A DNA stretch of 64,000 nucleotides from an uncultured Candidatus Saccharibacteria bacterium (GCA_964386665.1 CAYLQP010000002.1:64105-128104); one strand, 5' to 3'; shown: positions 1 to 9,466, numbered from the stretch's first letter. The notes: a model not told the origin generated them from the sequence alone. Numbers and translations are program-made.

Positions 1-2
1 AG

Positions 3-152
3 ATTGGTGACAAGATCAGTAAGGCAGATAAAGAAGGAATCAAACAAATAATTGTTATAGGTGAAGAAGAAGTTGCTTCTGGAATTTTAAAAATCAAAAA
101 CCTAGAAACAAAAGAAGAAGTAACAGTCACATTAAAAGAAATAATAAAATAA
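3..152 (+). CDS. hisS: Histidine--tRNA ligase, C-terminal end (partial; gene starts before the window)
   Basis: Frame 3 reads IGDKISKADKEGIKQIIVIGEEEVASGILKIKNLETKEEVTV*, typical of the class IIa anticodon-binding domain (A..G....IIGE.E.......KNL.T.EE). Confidence 0.7.
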   Translation: MGDKISKADKEGIKQIIVIGEEEVASGILKIKNLETKEEVTVTLKEIIK

Positions 153-153
153 A

Positions 154-618
154 ATGAATCCAGAAAGAAATCCTCAACAAGACCAAACATCTGAAACACC
201 CTATGGACAAATACCTAAAGAGTACGAAATGAGCGTTGGTGTAATATTAATAGATATTGCTGAAAACAAAGAAAAACGTACCCAAAAAAATATTATGGGT
301 CAACTAGAAGAAGAGTGGGAGAAAATAGTTGATGAAAAAGAACGAGCAATTCATAAAACGGACTATTGTATGAGATATATAAATACGATAATAAAGAAAC
401 AAATTGAAGTAATCAGTGAAGTAATAATTTCTTCCAGAGAAAAATTTAGTCAAATATTGTCAAACGAAACTTTTTTAAATGATTTAAAAATATATATAGA
501 TGACATATTAGAATTTCTTAAAGAATTCAATGAATTTATGGGTACAAAAAATATTGAACCTGAGTTACAACAAAGAGTCGAGGAAATTCAAACATTACTA
601 TCTTCTAATACAGAATAA
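154..618 (+). CDS. Hypothetical acidic orphan protein
   Basis: 154-aa ORF filling the gap between hisS and the next gene; no recognisable motif. Confidence 0.65.
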   Translation: MNPERNPQQDQTSETPYGQIPKEYEMSVGVILIDIAENKEKRTQKNIMGQLEEEWEKIVDEKERAIHKTDYCMRYINTIIKKQIEVISEVIISSREKFSQILSNETFLNDLKIYIDDILEFLKEFNEFMGTKNIEPELQQRVEEIQTLLSSNTE

Positions 619-621
619 AAT

Positions 622-1197
622 ATGAAAAAAATCATCTTTGACATCGAAACACGGAACATCTTTGATGATGTGGGCAAAAACGACCCAACACTACTTGATA
701 TATCACTTGTTGGTGTATATGACTCGTCTACAAATGAATATTCAAGTTATCTTCAAGAAGATCTGCCAAAACTTTGGCCACTTATCGAAAGCGCTGATGT
801 ACTCATTACATTCAACGGCGACCATTTCGATATCCCTCTATTAAACAAATACTATGCAGGAGACCTTACCAAGATACGAAGTCTTGATCTACTTGTAGAG
901 TTCCGTAAGGCACTTGGGAGACGAGTAGGGCTTGGTAACATCGCCGAAGCAACTCTTGGAGTTGGTAAAAGTGGCAATGGACTTGAAGCGGTCAAATGGT
1001 GGAAAGAAGGAAATATCGAAGATATCCGTACGTATTGCCTCCAAGACGTAAAGGTAACAAAAGATATTTATGAATACGCACTCAAAGAAGGCAAACTCTT
1101 TTACAAGGATGGAGAAACAAAAAAAGAGGTGAACATAGACACATCCGGGTGGGAAAAAGAAGAAGACTCTGCAATGACATTTTCACTTCCCTTTTAA
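622..1197 (+). CDS. RNase H-like (DEDD, YprB/RNase_H_2-type) exonuclease
   Basis: Motifs FDIET, TFNGDHFDIP and YCLQDV correspond to ExoI, II and III. Confidence 0.85.
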   Translation: MKKIIFDIETRNIFDDVGKNDPTLLDISLVGVYDSSTNEYSSYLQEDLPKLWPLIESADVLITFNGDHFDIPLLNKYYAGDLTKIRSLDLLVEFRKALGRRVGLGNIAEATLGVGKSGNGLEAVKWWKEGNIEDIRTYCLQDVKVTKDIYEYALKEGKLFYKDGETKKEVNIDTSGWEKEEDSAMTFSLPF

Positions 1198-1241
1198 ATG
1201 AAGTATAATAACATCTATCATTAAAAATTAATTATTTATGT

Positions 1242-1961
1242 ATGGAAGAACAAAAACCAAAAAACAATCTTGCTATCCCATTTGCAATCATAATTGCGGG
1301 AGCACTTATCGCTGGAGCAGTTATTTTTACAAGCAAAAATAAACAACAAGCACCAACAGATTCTCAAGTACAAAAAGCTGATGTAAAAATAAGAGAAATT
1401 TCATCAAGTGATCATATCCTTGGTAACCCAAAAGCAGAAATTGTTGTTGTGGAATATTCTGATTTTGAATGCCCATTTTGCCAATCATTCCACAGTGCAA
1501 TGAAACAAATAATGGATGAGTACGGTAAGGATGGAAAAGTTGCTTGGGTATATCGACATTTCTGGGCAGAACGAAAAACTCAAACTGGTCAAATATTTCA
1601 CCCTTACGGAGGAGTGGCAGCAGAAGCAAGTGAGTGTGTAGCTGAGCTTGGTGGAAACGAAAAGTTTTGGGCATTTGCAAACGGTCTCTTAGAGTCACAG
1701 CAAACTCAAAGTACAAAAATCAAAGACCTCAGTAGTATGGCAACAAGTATCGGAATAGATAAGACTGCGTTTGATACGTGTGCTTCAAGTCGCAAATACA
1801 AAGATGCAGTACAAAAGGAATACGATGAAGCAGTTAAGTTAGGTGTTTCTGGAACTCCAACATCATTCTTGGTGTCAAAGGCAGGAACATTTCCTATTGA
1901 AGGAGCTCTTCCTTACGCTGAACTCAAAAAAGCAATCGAACAAGTTCTTGAGTTGAACTAA
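1242..1961 (+). CDS. Membrane-anchored DsbA-family thiol-disulfide oxidoreductase
   Basis: N-terminal TM helix, EYSDFECPFC, and GVSGTP cis-Pro loop. Confidence 0.9.
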   Translation: MEEQKPKNNLAIPFAIIIAGALIAGAVIFTSKNKQQAPTDSQVQKADVKIREISSSDHILGNPKAEIVVVEYSDFECPFCQSFHSAMKQIMDEYGKDGKVAWVYRHFWAERKTQTGQIFHPYGGVAAEASECVAELGGNEKFWAFANGLLESQQTQSTKIKDLSSMATSIGIDKTAFDTCASSRKYKDAVQKEYDEAVKLGVSGTPTSFLVSKAGTFPIEGALPYAELKKAIEQVLELN

Positions 1962-1967
1962 GGTTTC

Positions 1968-2005
1968 AAAAAACTCCCCGCAAGCTTCGCTTGCGGGGAG
2001 TTTTT
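1968..2005. terminator. Bidirectional intrinsic terminator
   Basis: AAAAACTCCCCGCAAGC-TTC-GCTTGCGGGGAGTTTTT between convergent genes. Confidence 0.9.
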
Positions 2006-2026
2006 CTTTGCTTACTTCTTTTGTTG

Positions 2027-4939
2027 TTAGAGTACAAATCCCCCTCGACAAAACTCACAAGTCTCGTCTTCACATTTTTTTGAAAGAAACTTCCCTTCAT
2101 ATATTTCAACAAGTACATCTGAAAGCGTCTTCGTAATTTCTTCTTTGTCTTTTTCTTCGAGTACAAAACGCTCAGTAAGTGTCTTGCCTTTTTCAGGTGT
2201 CAAAAACGTAAGCGATCCCTCTGTCACCCGCTCATTTTCTCGTGAACGCTCCCACAATAACTTATAAAACTGAAGTTGCCGATATTCGTTACCCGAATCA
2301 GTTTTGGTAAGACCTTTGATTGCATTTGGGGTCATTCGTTTCTTTGATTTGAAATCAATTACATTTACTTCATTGTTCTGCATTATTGCAAGGTCAATCT
2401 TTCCATTAATAAGAATCTCAAACGAATCATTATCAGTTGCAACGTTCAAAGGAAAATTAAAGCTTTCTTCCACAAATACTTGTGTATCTCCAAACCCATC
2501 AAAGGTCTTTGTATAAGCTTCGATGTTCTCAGTTACCTTTGTTAGTGCGAGCGGAAGATCAATCTGCGAAAACGGTTGTCGACTGACTTCTTCTTTGATG
2601 ATTTGTGTTAAGGCTTCGCCACTTAACGTTTCTCCTCGCTTTGCTTTCAGATGCAATCGTCGCAGCACTTCGTGACAACTTGTTCCAAGCAGAGCACTAA
2701 ACTCAAGTACATCAGGAATGAGCAAAAGGTTTCGGAAGAGGTATCTATACGGACATTCTAAATAGTTATTAAGAGCCGAAACCGAAAACCCTCGTTTGAG
2801 AAACCGTTCTCGAAGGCTTGCTTTTATATCACTTGAGAAATCGTCCGTGACCTGAAGTAGATCAATAGCAACCACCGTGTTTGGACACTGTGTTCGCTTC
2901 ACCAAAGAAGAATCAAGTTCATCAAGTAGCACGCTCGGTGCAAGCGCGTCATCTTTTCTTCCAAGAAGTGCGTACGAAAGCACGACATGTTGTTTTGCTC
3001 GAGTGATTGCTACATACAAGAGCCGTCGTTCTTCAGCAAGTTCTTTTTGGGTGCCGAGTCCTGGAACTTGAAGCGAATCACTTCTTTTTCTGTCTTTTTC
3101 AAATGCTTTGTCGGTTACTCCAAGTACAAAGACTGTATCAAATTCAAGTCCTTTTGATTTGTGAATCGAACAAAGAGTGACGTTTGAATCAAGTTCTACA
3201 AGGTGTGAAAGCGGAGTGATGTTATGTTTTTGGATCAAATCCAAATGCGCGACAAGGTCTGCGAGCATTGCGTTTCGCTTCTTGAGCGTCAATTTTTCGG
3301 CTTCGGTAAATACAAGTTTTAATATTTCATAGAGTTCGGTTTTATCAGAAAGAATAATCTTTTCTCGAAGGAGCTTCAAAAACGCAAGCAAAGGAAGTCT
3401 AAGTGCTTGCTCAACTAACTCCAATACTACTTCTTTTGTCTTCACAAAAGACTCTTTGTCTTCAAGAGGATAATCAGTTTTTTTTGAAAGAAAGACATCA
3501 CCAAATGTTCGTCTTTCTTCTTTTGCAAGATCTTGAAGAAAAAATATATCACGAATACTCATCTCAAAAAATCCAAAAAAAAGTGTTTTTACCAAATCTC
3601 CTTTTTGCCATGGAGAAACAACCGCCTTAAGCAAGGTGACTATCTTTTGATATTCAAGACTCTCAAACAAAGATTTTTCACCTTTGAGCGAGTATGGCAC
3701 ATTGAGCGCTTTCAAAAACATCGCGAGTCGCGATAATGTATCGTTGTTACGTGCGAGCACTGCAACCGTCTCATCTTGAGCACGCTCTAAACACTCTTTG
3801 ACTTTGTAGGCAACTGCTTGCAACTCTTGTTCTTCATCTGTATATTCGTTAATTTCGATTGGTTTTTCTTCAAAAGAGGCACGAGCAGACAGTTTTGTGT
3901 GATGCATTCCATCACTTACAATCAAAGAATGACTCGCATCAAGAATCGTTTTATGTGATCGATAGTTTTCTTCCAGATCAATCTTGAGAGCATCTGGAAA
4001 AAGCTCCTTAAATGAGTAGAAGTTTTCAAGACTTGCTCCCTGGAACCGAAAGATTGATTGCTTATCATCTCCTACAACAAACAAGTTTGGTGGATCGATA
4101 GCGGTCGGGTCACTAAAAAATTTCAAAATCTCGTTTTGTGCCCCATTGGCATCTTGATGCTCATCAGCCAAAATAAACTGAAAACTTTCTCGCATCTCTG
4201 TTTGCATCAATGGGTTTTCTTTGAGTGCGTAAATCAAACCAATGATCGTATCATCAAAATCATAAATCCCTCTTTCTTTCAATTTCTTCTCGTATAATTC
4301 AAAAAGCGAAACAAACTCTTTCATTCGGGTGAAGTACTTTTGTTTGCGTTCTATTTCGTTTTCGTATGTCTTGGTCTTTTTTTCTACTCCTTCGATTTCT
4401 TCTTGAAATGACGCTTCTTCAGCAAGTACAAGAGAAAGAAGTTTCGCAGGGTCAATATATTCACGCTTGAGCTCACTGATCCGAGTCTTGATTCCCTTTA
4501 CTGTTGTACCAAAAGTTGAAACACGTAATTCTTGAAAAGAAACCTCTTCAAAAATCTCCTCGATTACTTCGATCGCATCCAAATCATTTGCAGGAATCCT
4601 GTCACCTATATGTTTGAAGTTTTCTGGATAAAGGGCGCGCATATAGTTAGCAAACGCATGGAAGGTGTATATATGCACTCGAAATGATGCATCACCGATA
4701 ATTTCTCGTAGCTTTTCTCTCATTGCCTTAACCCCCGAATCAGTAAAAGTAATTGCCAAAATCTCTTCTGGTTTTGCATCGGTTTGACGTAAGATATTTG
4801 CAATACGAAGTGTCAAAACAGTTGTCTTACCAGTTCCAGGACCCGCAATGACCATCACAGGACCGTATACGGTGTCTACCGCTTCCTTTTGTTTGGGATT
4901 AAGTGCCTTATATTTGCGATCAAATACTTCTTGATTCAT
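2027..4939 (-). CDS. UvrD/PcrA-family SF1 helicase fused to a C-terminal PD-(D/E)XK nuclease
   Basis: Helicase motifs AGPGTGKT, DEHQD, VGDDKQSIFRFQGA, SIHKSKGLEF, EERRLLYVAITRAK; nuclease motifs GKID..IDFKS and QLQFY; cysteines in CPYRY and CEDETCEFC. Confidence 0.9.
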   Translation of the reverse strand: MNQEVFDRKYKALNPKQKEAVDTVYGPVMVIAGPGTGKTTVLTLRIANILRQTDAKPEEILAITFTDSGVKAMREKLREIIGDASFRVHIYTFHAFANYMRALYPENFKHIGDRIPANDLDAIEVIEEIFEEVSFQELRVSTFGTTVKGIKTRISELKREYIDPAKLLSLVLAEEASFQEEIEGVEKKTKTYENEIERKQKYFTRMKEFVSLFELYEKKLKERGIYDFDDTIIGLIYALKENPLMQTEMRESFQFILADEHQDANGAQNEILKFFSDPTAIDPPNLFVVGDDKQSIFRFQGASLENFYSFKELFPDALKIDLEENYRSHKTILDASHSLIVSDGMHHTKLSARASFEEKPIEINEYTDEEQELQAVAYKVKECLERAQDETVAVLARNNDTLSRLAMFLKALNVPYSLKGEKSLFESLEYQKIVTLLKAVVSPWQKGDLVKTLFFGFFEMSIRDIFFLQDLAKEERRTFGDVFLSKKTDYPLEDKESFVKTKEVVLELVEQALRLPLLAFLKLLREKIILSDKTELYEILKLVFTEAEKLTLKKRNAMLADLVAHLDLIQKHNITPLSHLVELDSNVTLCSIHKSKGLEFDTVFVLGVTDKAFEKDRKRSDSLQVPGLGTQKELAEERRLLYVAITRAKQHVVLSYALLGRKDDALAPSVLLDELDSSLVKRTQCPNTVVAIDLLQVTDDFSSDIKASLRERFLKRGFSVSALNNYLECPYRYLFRNLLLIPDVLEFSALLGTSCHEVLRRLHLKAKRGETLSGEALTQIIKEEVSRQPFSQIDLPLALTKVTENIEAYTKTFDGFGDTQVFVEESFNFPLNVATDNDSFEILINGKIDLAIMQNNEVNVIDFKSKKRMTPNAIKGLTKTDSGNEYRQLQFYKLLWERSRENERVTEGSLTFLTPEKGKTLTERFVLEEKDKEEITKTLSDVLVEIYEGKFLSKKCEDETCEFCRGGFVL

Positions 4940-4988
4940 TCCTTGATTATAACATCAAATAGGGTTGGGATTAAAAGAGGAGGAAAAA

Positions 4989-5162
4989 ATGTTTAAAAAA
5001 GAAAAAGAACCTGTAGAAGAGGTGGTGCTTTTTGGTCAACCAGTCTGACGACTTAAAATCTGGGATCCAGAAGCGGTGGAGCGAAGTCGGCGCCGACTAG
5101 AAGGCATGAGATCATTTCCAGCCCGTTCTTTGAGACCTAGCGCAACAAAGCAGAGCGGCTAA
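4989..5162 (+). pseudogene. Small ORF with strong SD; in-frame TGA at 5046-5048 (19-aa peptide or nonsense-disrupted 57-codon gene)
   Basis: GAGGAGG at 4977-4983, ATG at 4989; the frame stays open after the TGA to a TAA at 5160 that lies in a terminator loop. Confidence 0.45.
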
Positions 5163-5177
5163 CCCCGCTCTTTTTTT
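5152..5177 (+). terminator. Intrinsic terminator with stop codon in its loop
   Basis: AGAGCGG-CTAACC-CCGCTCT followed by a T run. Confidence 0.8.
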
Positions 5178-5181
5178 ATGA

Positions 5182-5210
5182 TTGACTAAATACGAAATAT
5201 TTAGTATAGT
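5182..5210 (+). promoter_or_regulatory. Sigma70-type promoter, probably leaderless, with an operator-like palindrome
   Basis: TTGACT-17bp-TATAGT, 8 nt before ATG 5219; ACTAAATA-N5-TATTTAGT at 5185-5205. Confidence 0.75.
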
Positions 5211-5218
5211 GCGGATCT

Positions 5219-5518
5219 ATGAGTTCATTAACTAGAATACTCGGGGTGCTGGGAGGGCTCAGTTTAGCTCTCACGTTCTACATAGTCATGCATCTGAAGG
5301 ACCAGAACATGCTCCTTGCGGGCATGATAAACTCCTTGGAGGATCAGGTGGTACGACTCAATATCATTGAGGCGTACCAAAGAGAAAAGTTCCCTCGAGG
5401 ACTTACTCCAGAGGAGCGCCTCGAATGGTTCATCAATTCAAACCACCTGGACCAAGACCGGATCAGATACTATGGATTGGAAAAGGTGCTTCTAAAAACA
5501 CCCGCTCAAGAGCAGTAA
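5219..5518 (+). CDS. Small single-TM orphan protein
   Basis: 99 aa with an N-terminal hydrophobic helix; has its own promoter and terminator. Confidence 0.75.
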   Translation: MSSLTRILGVLGGLSLALTFYIVMHLKDQNMLLAGMINSLEDQVVRLNIIEAYQREKFPRGLTPEERLEWFINSNHLDQDRIRYYGLEKVLLKTPAQEQ

Positions 5519-5533
5519 CCCTGCTCTTTTTTT
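5508..5533 (+). terminator. Intrinsic terminator with stop codon in its loop
   Basis: AAGAGCAG-TAACC-CTGCTCTT followed by a T run. Confidence 0.8.
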
Positions 5534-5568
5534 ATTTTCCTCTCTCCACCCTCCTTCCCTAAATAACG

Positions 5569-5662
5569 AAACATAATTTTTGAGGGGGCTTCGAGGCTGA
5601 CTGAGCCGAGAACTTCAGGAATTTTTCGGCAGAAAAATTCCGTACCCTCAAAAATTATGTTT
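5569..5662. repeat. Palindromic three-way-junction element (REP/MITE-like or structured RNA)
   Basis: Perfect 18-bp outer inverted repeat (5569-5586/5645-5662) enclosing hairpins GGCT/AGCC and GGAATTTTTC/GAAAAATTCC. Confidence 0.75.
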
Positions 5663-5664
5663 GG

Positions 5665-6570
5665 TTATTTACCTACCTCCTTCACATCATGCCCTCCAAA
5701 CATTGTTCGCATAGTCGAAAGAAGCTTGCCTATATACGACGGATTCCCTTGACTCATTGATCTAAAGAAAAGTGAAGTTTGTATCGCAGGTGCTGGAGCG
5801 TTCATTTCTTTTGCTGTATTGACCGTCCATTCTCCTTCTCCAGATGCTGCTACTTCTCCAGAAATTCCATCGAGCTCTTCGCCGAACTTTTGGAAACCAT
5901 CTCCAAGCCACTCCACCAGTCTGCTTTCGATTACGCTTTTCTTTTGATACAGATGTGCTACTTCAGTAAGGCGATAATTAAATGATGAATGTTTTATAAT
6001 ATTAAATCCTTCTGCAATCGATTGCATCATTCCGTATTCAATTCCATTATGTACCATCTTGGCGAAATGTCCCGCACCATATGAGCCGAGATACGCATAC
6101 GCACTTGAAGAATCAGAAATATCAGAAAAGAGTGGCTCAAGTGCATCAAAAGACTTTTTGCTTCCCCCGATCATTAAGCAAGCGCCGTTTCGAGCACCGT
6201 ATGGACCTCCAGATACACCAATATCCAAAAACTCAATCCCAAGTTTTGCAAACTCTTCTCCACGACGAATTGAATCTTTGTAAAAACAATTTCCTCCGTC
6301 AATGACAGTATCTTCTGGTTTCAAAAATGGTTTGATTTCAGAAATTACCTCATCAACCCCTTGATGACTTACCATTATAAACACAAGCTTCTTTCCCGAA
6401 ACCTGTTTAAATGTATCTGCAAGCGTATCAAAGACATGAAGCCCTTCTTCTCTTGCTTTGATTCTTCCTTCTTCACTGCGGTTAAAACAAAATACATTAT
6501 GCCCTTTCTCTTGCATCAAAAGCGCCATTCCTTTTCCCATTTTGCCAAGTCCTATATAAATGATTTGCAT
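5665..6570 (-). CDS. gnd: 6-phosphogluconate dehydrogenase, decarboxylating (short type)
   Basis: GLGKMG, DGGN, GVSGG, GAGHFAKMVHNGIEYG, FGGH. Confidence 0.95.
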   Translation of the reverse strand: MQIIYIGLGKMGKGMALLMQEKGHNVFCFNRSEEGRIKAREEGLHVFDTLADTFKQVSGKKLVFIMVSHQGVDEVISEIKPFLKPEDTVIDGGNCFYKDSIRRGEEFAKLGIEFLDIGVSGGPYGARNGACLMIGGSKKSFDALEPLFSDISDSSSAYAYLGSYGAGHFAKMVHNGIEYGMMQSIAEGFNIIKHSSFNYRLTEVAHLYQKKSVIESRLVEWLGDGFQKFGEELDGISGEVAASGEGEWTVNTAKEMNAPAPAIQTSLFFRSMSQGNPSYIGKLLSTMRTMFGGHDVKEVGK

Positions 6571-6580
6571 ATTCTTGTTC

Positions 6581-7921
6581 TTATTTGTTTTGTATCTCTT
6601 TTGGATCTACTCCTTTTTGATACACTTGTAATGTTTGCGTCTTTCCTTTTTGTTGTATTGCCTCTGCGATCCGCCACTGCTCTTTCACTTCATCAGTTGA
6701 AACAAACAATGTTTGGTCTCCCGCAAGCAAGTCAAGAAGAAGTTTTTCGTAAGGATAGATGAACTGGTTTTCTTTGTTTCCTAGATCAAAACACATCTGT
6801 TTTGATGTATCGTCGTTTACATTGAGATCAACACAGATTGATGCGTCTGGTTGAATCAAAAAATGAATAGCATTTGGCTTCTCTGCAACTGATTTAAAAA
6901 ATACCGAAATACCTGTTTTTGTTTGATTCAACATCTTGCCATGCTCAAGTACAAATGGTACACCAGTCCACTCATCGTTTTCTACAAACAACTCCGCCCT
7001 GAAGTATGTTTCTGTTTGTGAAGTCTCAAATCCTGCTGTTTTGTACCCTTCGTATTGACCAAACACAACATCAGAGACATCTCTAAGCCCCGTTTGCGAA
7101 AGTGTTTGCGCTCTCTGTAAACGGATTTCAGATACAAAGGCTTTCTTCATTGCAATGAGGCTCAAGAGTTCAAGTAAGTGATTTTGACCAAAGTCTCTAA
7201 GCGCACCTACCGCATCATAAAACACCTTCCGAGATTCTATACTGTCTTTTTTCTCATCTTCAAAAGCAAATATATGAACCTTTTCTATATTTTCTTTATT
7301 CCAAATATCACCAAAAAGCGTATTTTCAAATCGAAATGCATATATAGCCTGAACAGTTTCTTTCGCCAAGTAATGATCAATTCGATAAATCTGATCTTCT
7401 TTGAAACTTTGCCCTAAGAGCTCATCGAGAGCAAGAGCATTTGTGAGATTGGATCCGAAAGGTTTTTCTACCACAATCCGAATCCAGGGGGTTGTATGTC
7501 TTAGACTTCCAATACACGGCAAACTCAAACCACTTAAAGAAATGTTTTTAAATATTTCTTCGTAGGTTCCTGGAACCGTTGCAATATAAAATAGCTTGTT
7601 AGAAGAGGCACCAAACCCTTGATCCACCTTGTCGAGAATTTCGCGCAGATCAGTCAATGAGTTTAAATCTGTTGCATCAATACTGTAATAATACAGATGT
7701 TCCAAAAAAGAATTCACTTCGTCCTCTTGTCCTATATGAGCAAGAGCAAGCTTGGCACGTTCACGAAATTCACTATGTGACAAAAGCTTTCTTGAAAGCC
7801 CAATAATCGTATACGTCTCAAAAACTCTTTTCTTCTGACATATATCAAAAAAAGCTTCGGTGAGTTTTTTCTTAAACAAATCGCCGGTCGCTCCGAATAC
7901 AACAATAGTAAGTGGTAACAT
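6581..7921 (-). CDS. zwf: Glucose-6-phosphate 1-dehydrogenase
   Basis: FGATGDL, EKPFG, RIDHYLAKE, RDFGQNHLL. Confidence 0.95.
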   Translation of the reverse strand: MLPLTIVVFGATGDLFKKKLTEAFFDICQKKRVFETYTIIGLSRKLLSHSEFRERAKLALAHIGQEDEVNSFLEHLYYYSIDATDLNSLTDLREILDKVDQGFGASSNKLFYIATVPGTYEEIFKNISLSGLSLPCIGSLRHTTPWIRIVVEKPFGSNLTNALALDELLGQSFKEDQIYRIDHYLAKETVQAIYAFRFENTLFGDIWNKENIEKVHIFAFEDEKKDSIESRKVFYDAVGALRDFGQNHLLELLSLIAMKKAFVSEIRLQRAQTLSQTGLRDVSDVVFGQYEGYKTAGFETSQTETYFRAELFVENDEWTGVPFVLEHGKMLNQTKTGISVFFKSVAEKPNAIHFLIQPDASICVDLNVNDDTSKQMCFDLGNKENQFIYPYEKLLLDLLAGDQTLFVSTDEVKEQWRIAEAIQQKGKTQTLQVYQKGVDPKEIQNK

Positions 7922-7923
7922 AA

Positions 7924-8289
7924 TTAAAATGACATTCCTCCGTGTCTTTGGATATCAAGGGTTTTTGATCGAATATCACTTTCAATAACTCTTGATTCTC
8001 CTTCCAGAGTACGGAGTTCTGATTCTGTACGTCGAATAAGATCAAGTATATGCGGATCTCGACGACCAGATTTAAGCTTCACTAACTCTCGTTTGAGGTT
8101 TTGTACTTGCCCTAGAACTCTTTGATGTTCGAGTCTTCGATGAGAGATTTCGTGCTTTAACAAATCATTTTCTCTTGCCTTCATTTGCTTTTCTCGCATC
8201 TCTTTTTCTCGAAGCATACGACCAGCCGCATTATTGTATGTTTGTTGACCAGCAATATTTACATTTTTATTTAAATCTCCAAGTGACAT
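7924..8289 (-). CDS. Hypothetical coiled-coil protein
   Basis: Likely start ATG 8289 (MSLGDL), 6 nt downstream of a TACAAT -10 box; charged heptad sequence. Confidence 0.6.
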   Translation of the reverse strand: MSLGDLNKNVNIAGQQTYNNAAGRMLREKEMREKQMKARENDLLKHEISHRRLEHQRVLGQVQNLKRELVKLKSGRRDPHILDLIRRTESELRTLEGESRVIESDIRSKTLDIQRHGGMSF

Positions 8290-8308
8290 ATGTATATTGT
8301 ATCGTATC

Positions 8309-9466
8309 TTAATGATGATGTGAATGGCTATGACCGTGTCCGTGACCATCCCCTTTTCCCCTAAAACTCTTAAGCATAAGGACTGCAATAAGAGATGTGA
8401 TAGGCACTGCAAGGACGAGGCCAATCGATCCTACCATAGTCCGAATAATTTCAGTTACAAAATGCTCTTTGTTAAGAATTGATAAAAACGGCAGTGTTGA
8501 GCCATAAAACAGAAGCAAGAGTGGAAGTGACGCTCCAACATAAGCAATCGCAAGTGTATTGACGAGTGCTCCAATATGTTCACGTCCAATTCTAAGTGAA
8601 CGCAAGAACACTCTACGAGGAGACATATATTCGCTTGCTCGGTATAACTCTTCTACTGCAACTGCCTGACCAATCGCAGCATCATATAGCACCCCAAGAA
8701 GTCCTATGATGATTCCACCTAAAAGCAATCCTGCAAAATCAATATTCCCTCCTGTATTGAAATTAAGATAAACCGATTCTTCGCTTTCAAAACCAGTTAA
8801 ATGTACAAACGAAACAGCAAACCAAGCAAGAAGTCCTGTAAGCAAGACAGTTGCAATCATCCCTATCACCGCACTTGAAGTCGTCTTATTAAATCCGTGT
8901 GTAATATAAGAACCAAGTACAATAATAATACTTGCACTGATAATACTAAGCCATATAGGAGAAGCTCCACTGAGTACCCCAGGAAGTAACACATAAAGAA
9001 TAATAAGCAAACTTCCAATAAGACTCATTAGCCCTCGAAATCCCTGTTTACCTCCAAACGCAATAACAACCACAATAAACAATACAACAAACAAAAGCAT
9101 ATGAGGAACACGATACACATCACCAACCGCAAAAACAACTCTACCTGTATCTGCTTCTATTGTTTGAGTTAAAAAAAACACATCATTCACCCGAAGAGGT
9201 AGATAATCATTTTTTATCTCAAACAACTGACCCTTGAATTCACCTTCTGTTGGAATCACTTTAAGATATTGAGTAACAAAGGAAACTTCTGTTCCCTCAA
9301 CTGTGTGAATTTCAGTTGAAAGCACTTCAGATACCTTTGCTTTCATGATGACTGTTTTGTCTTGCAATAACTCAGCTCCAAATACGTTGGAGCCAAAAAT
9401 AAATGACACACACGCAAGTGTATACACACATATTCTTTTTTGTATATTTATCGACATTTTTTGCAT
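8309..9466 (-). CDS. YibE/F-family membrane protein with His-rich tail (start uncertain)
   Basis: GIIIGLLGVLYD, IGREHIGALVNTL.LAY.GASLPLLL; C-terminus GHGHGHSHSHHH. Confidence 0.85.
   Translation of the reverse strand: MQKMSINIQKRICVYTLACVSFIFGSNVFGAELLQDKTVIMKAKVSEVLSTEIHTVEGTEVSFVTQYLKVIPTEGEFKGQLFEIKNDYLPLRVNDVFFLTQTIEADTGRVVFAVGDVYRVPHMLLFVVLFIVVVIAFGGKQGFRGLMSLIGSLLIILYVLLPGVLSGASPIWLSIISASIIIVLGSYITHGFNKTTSSAVIGMIATVLLTGLLAWFAVSFVHLTGFESEESVYLNFNTGGNIDFAGLLLGGIIIGLLGVLYDAAIGQAVAVEELYRASEYMSPRRVFLRSLRIGREHIGALVNTLAIAYVGASLPLLLLFYGSTLPFLSILNKEHFVTEIIRTMVGSIGLVLAVPITSLIAVLMLKSFRGKGDGHGHGHSHSHHH

Noticed and set aside
2027-2900. Cas4 gene or CRISPR adaptation module
   Set aside because: The nuclease domain is fused to a UvrD helicase, and no cas1, cas2 or array is present.
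5046-5048. Genome-wide TGA recoding (code 25 or 4)
   Set aside because: TGA terminates several clear genes (35921, 42375, 48525) and long genes are uninterrupted under code 11.
5569-5662. Canonical hammerhead ribozyme
   Set aside because: The core reads CUGAAGU and GAAG rather than CUGAnGA and GAAA, with extra junction nucleotides; kept only as a hypothesis.
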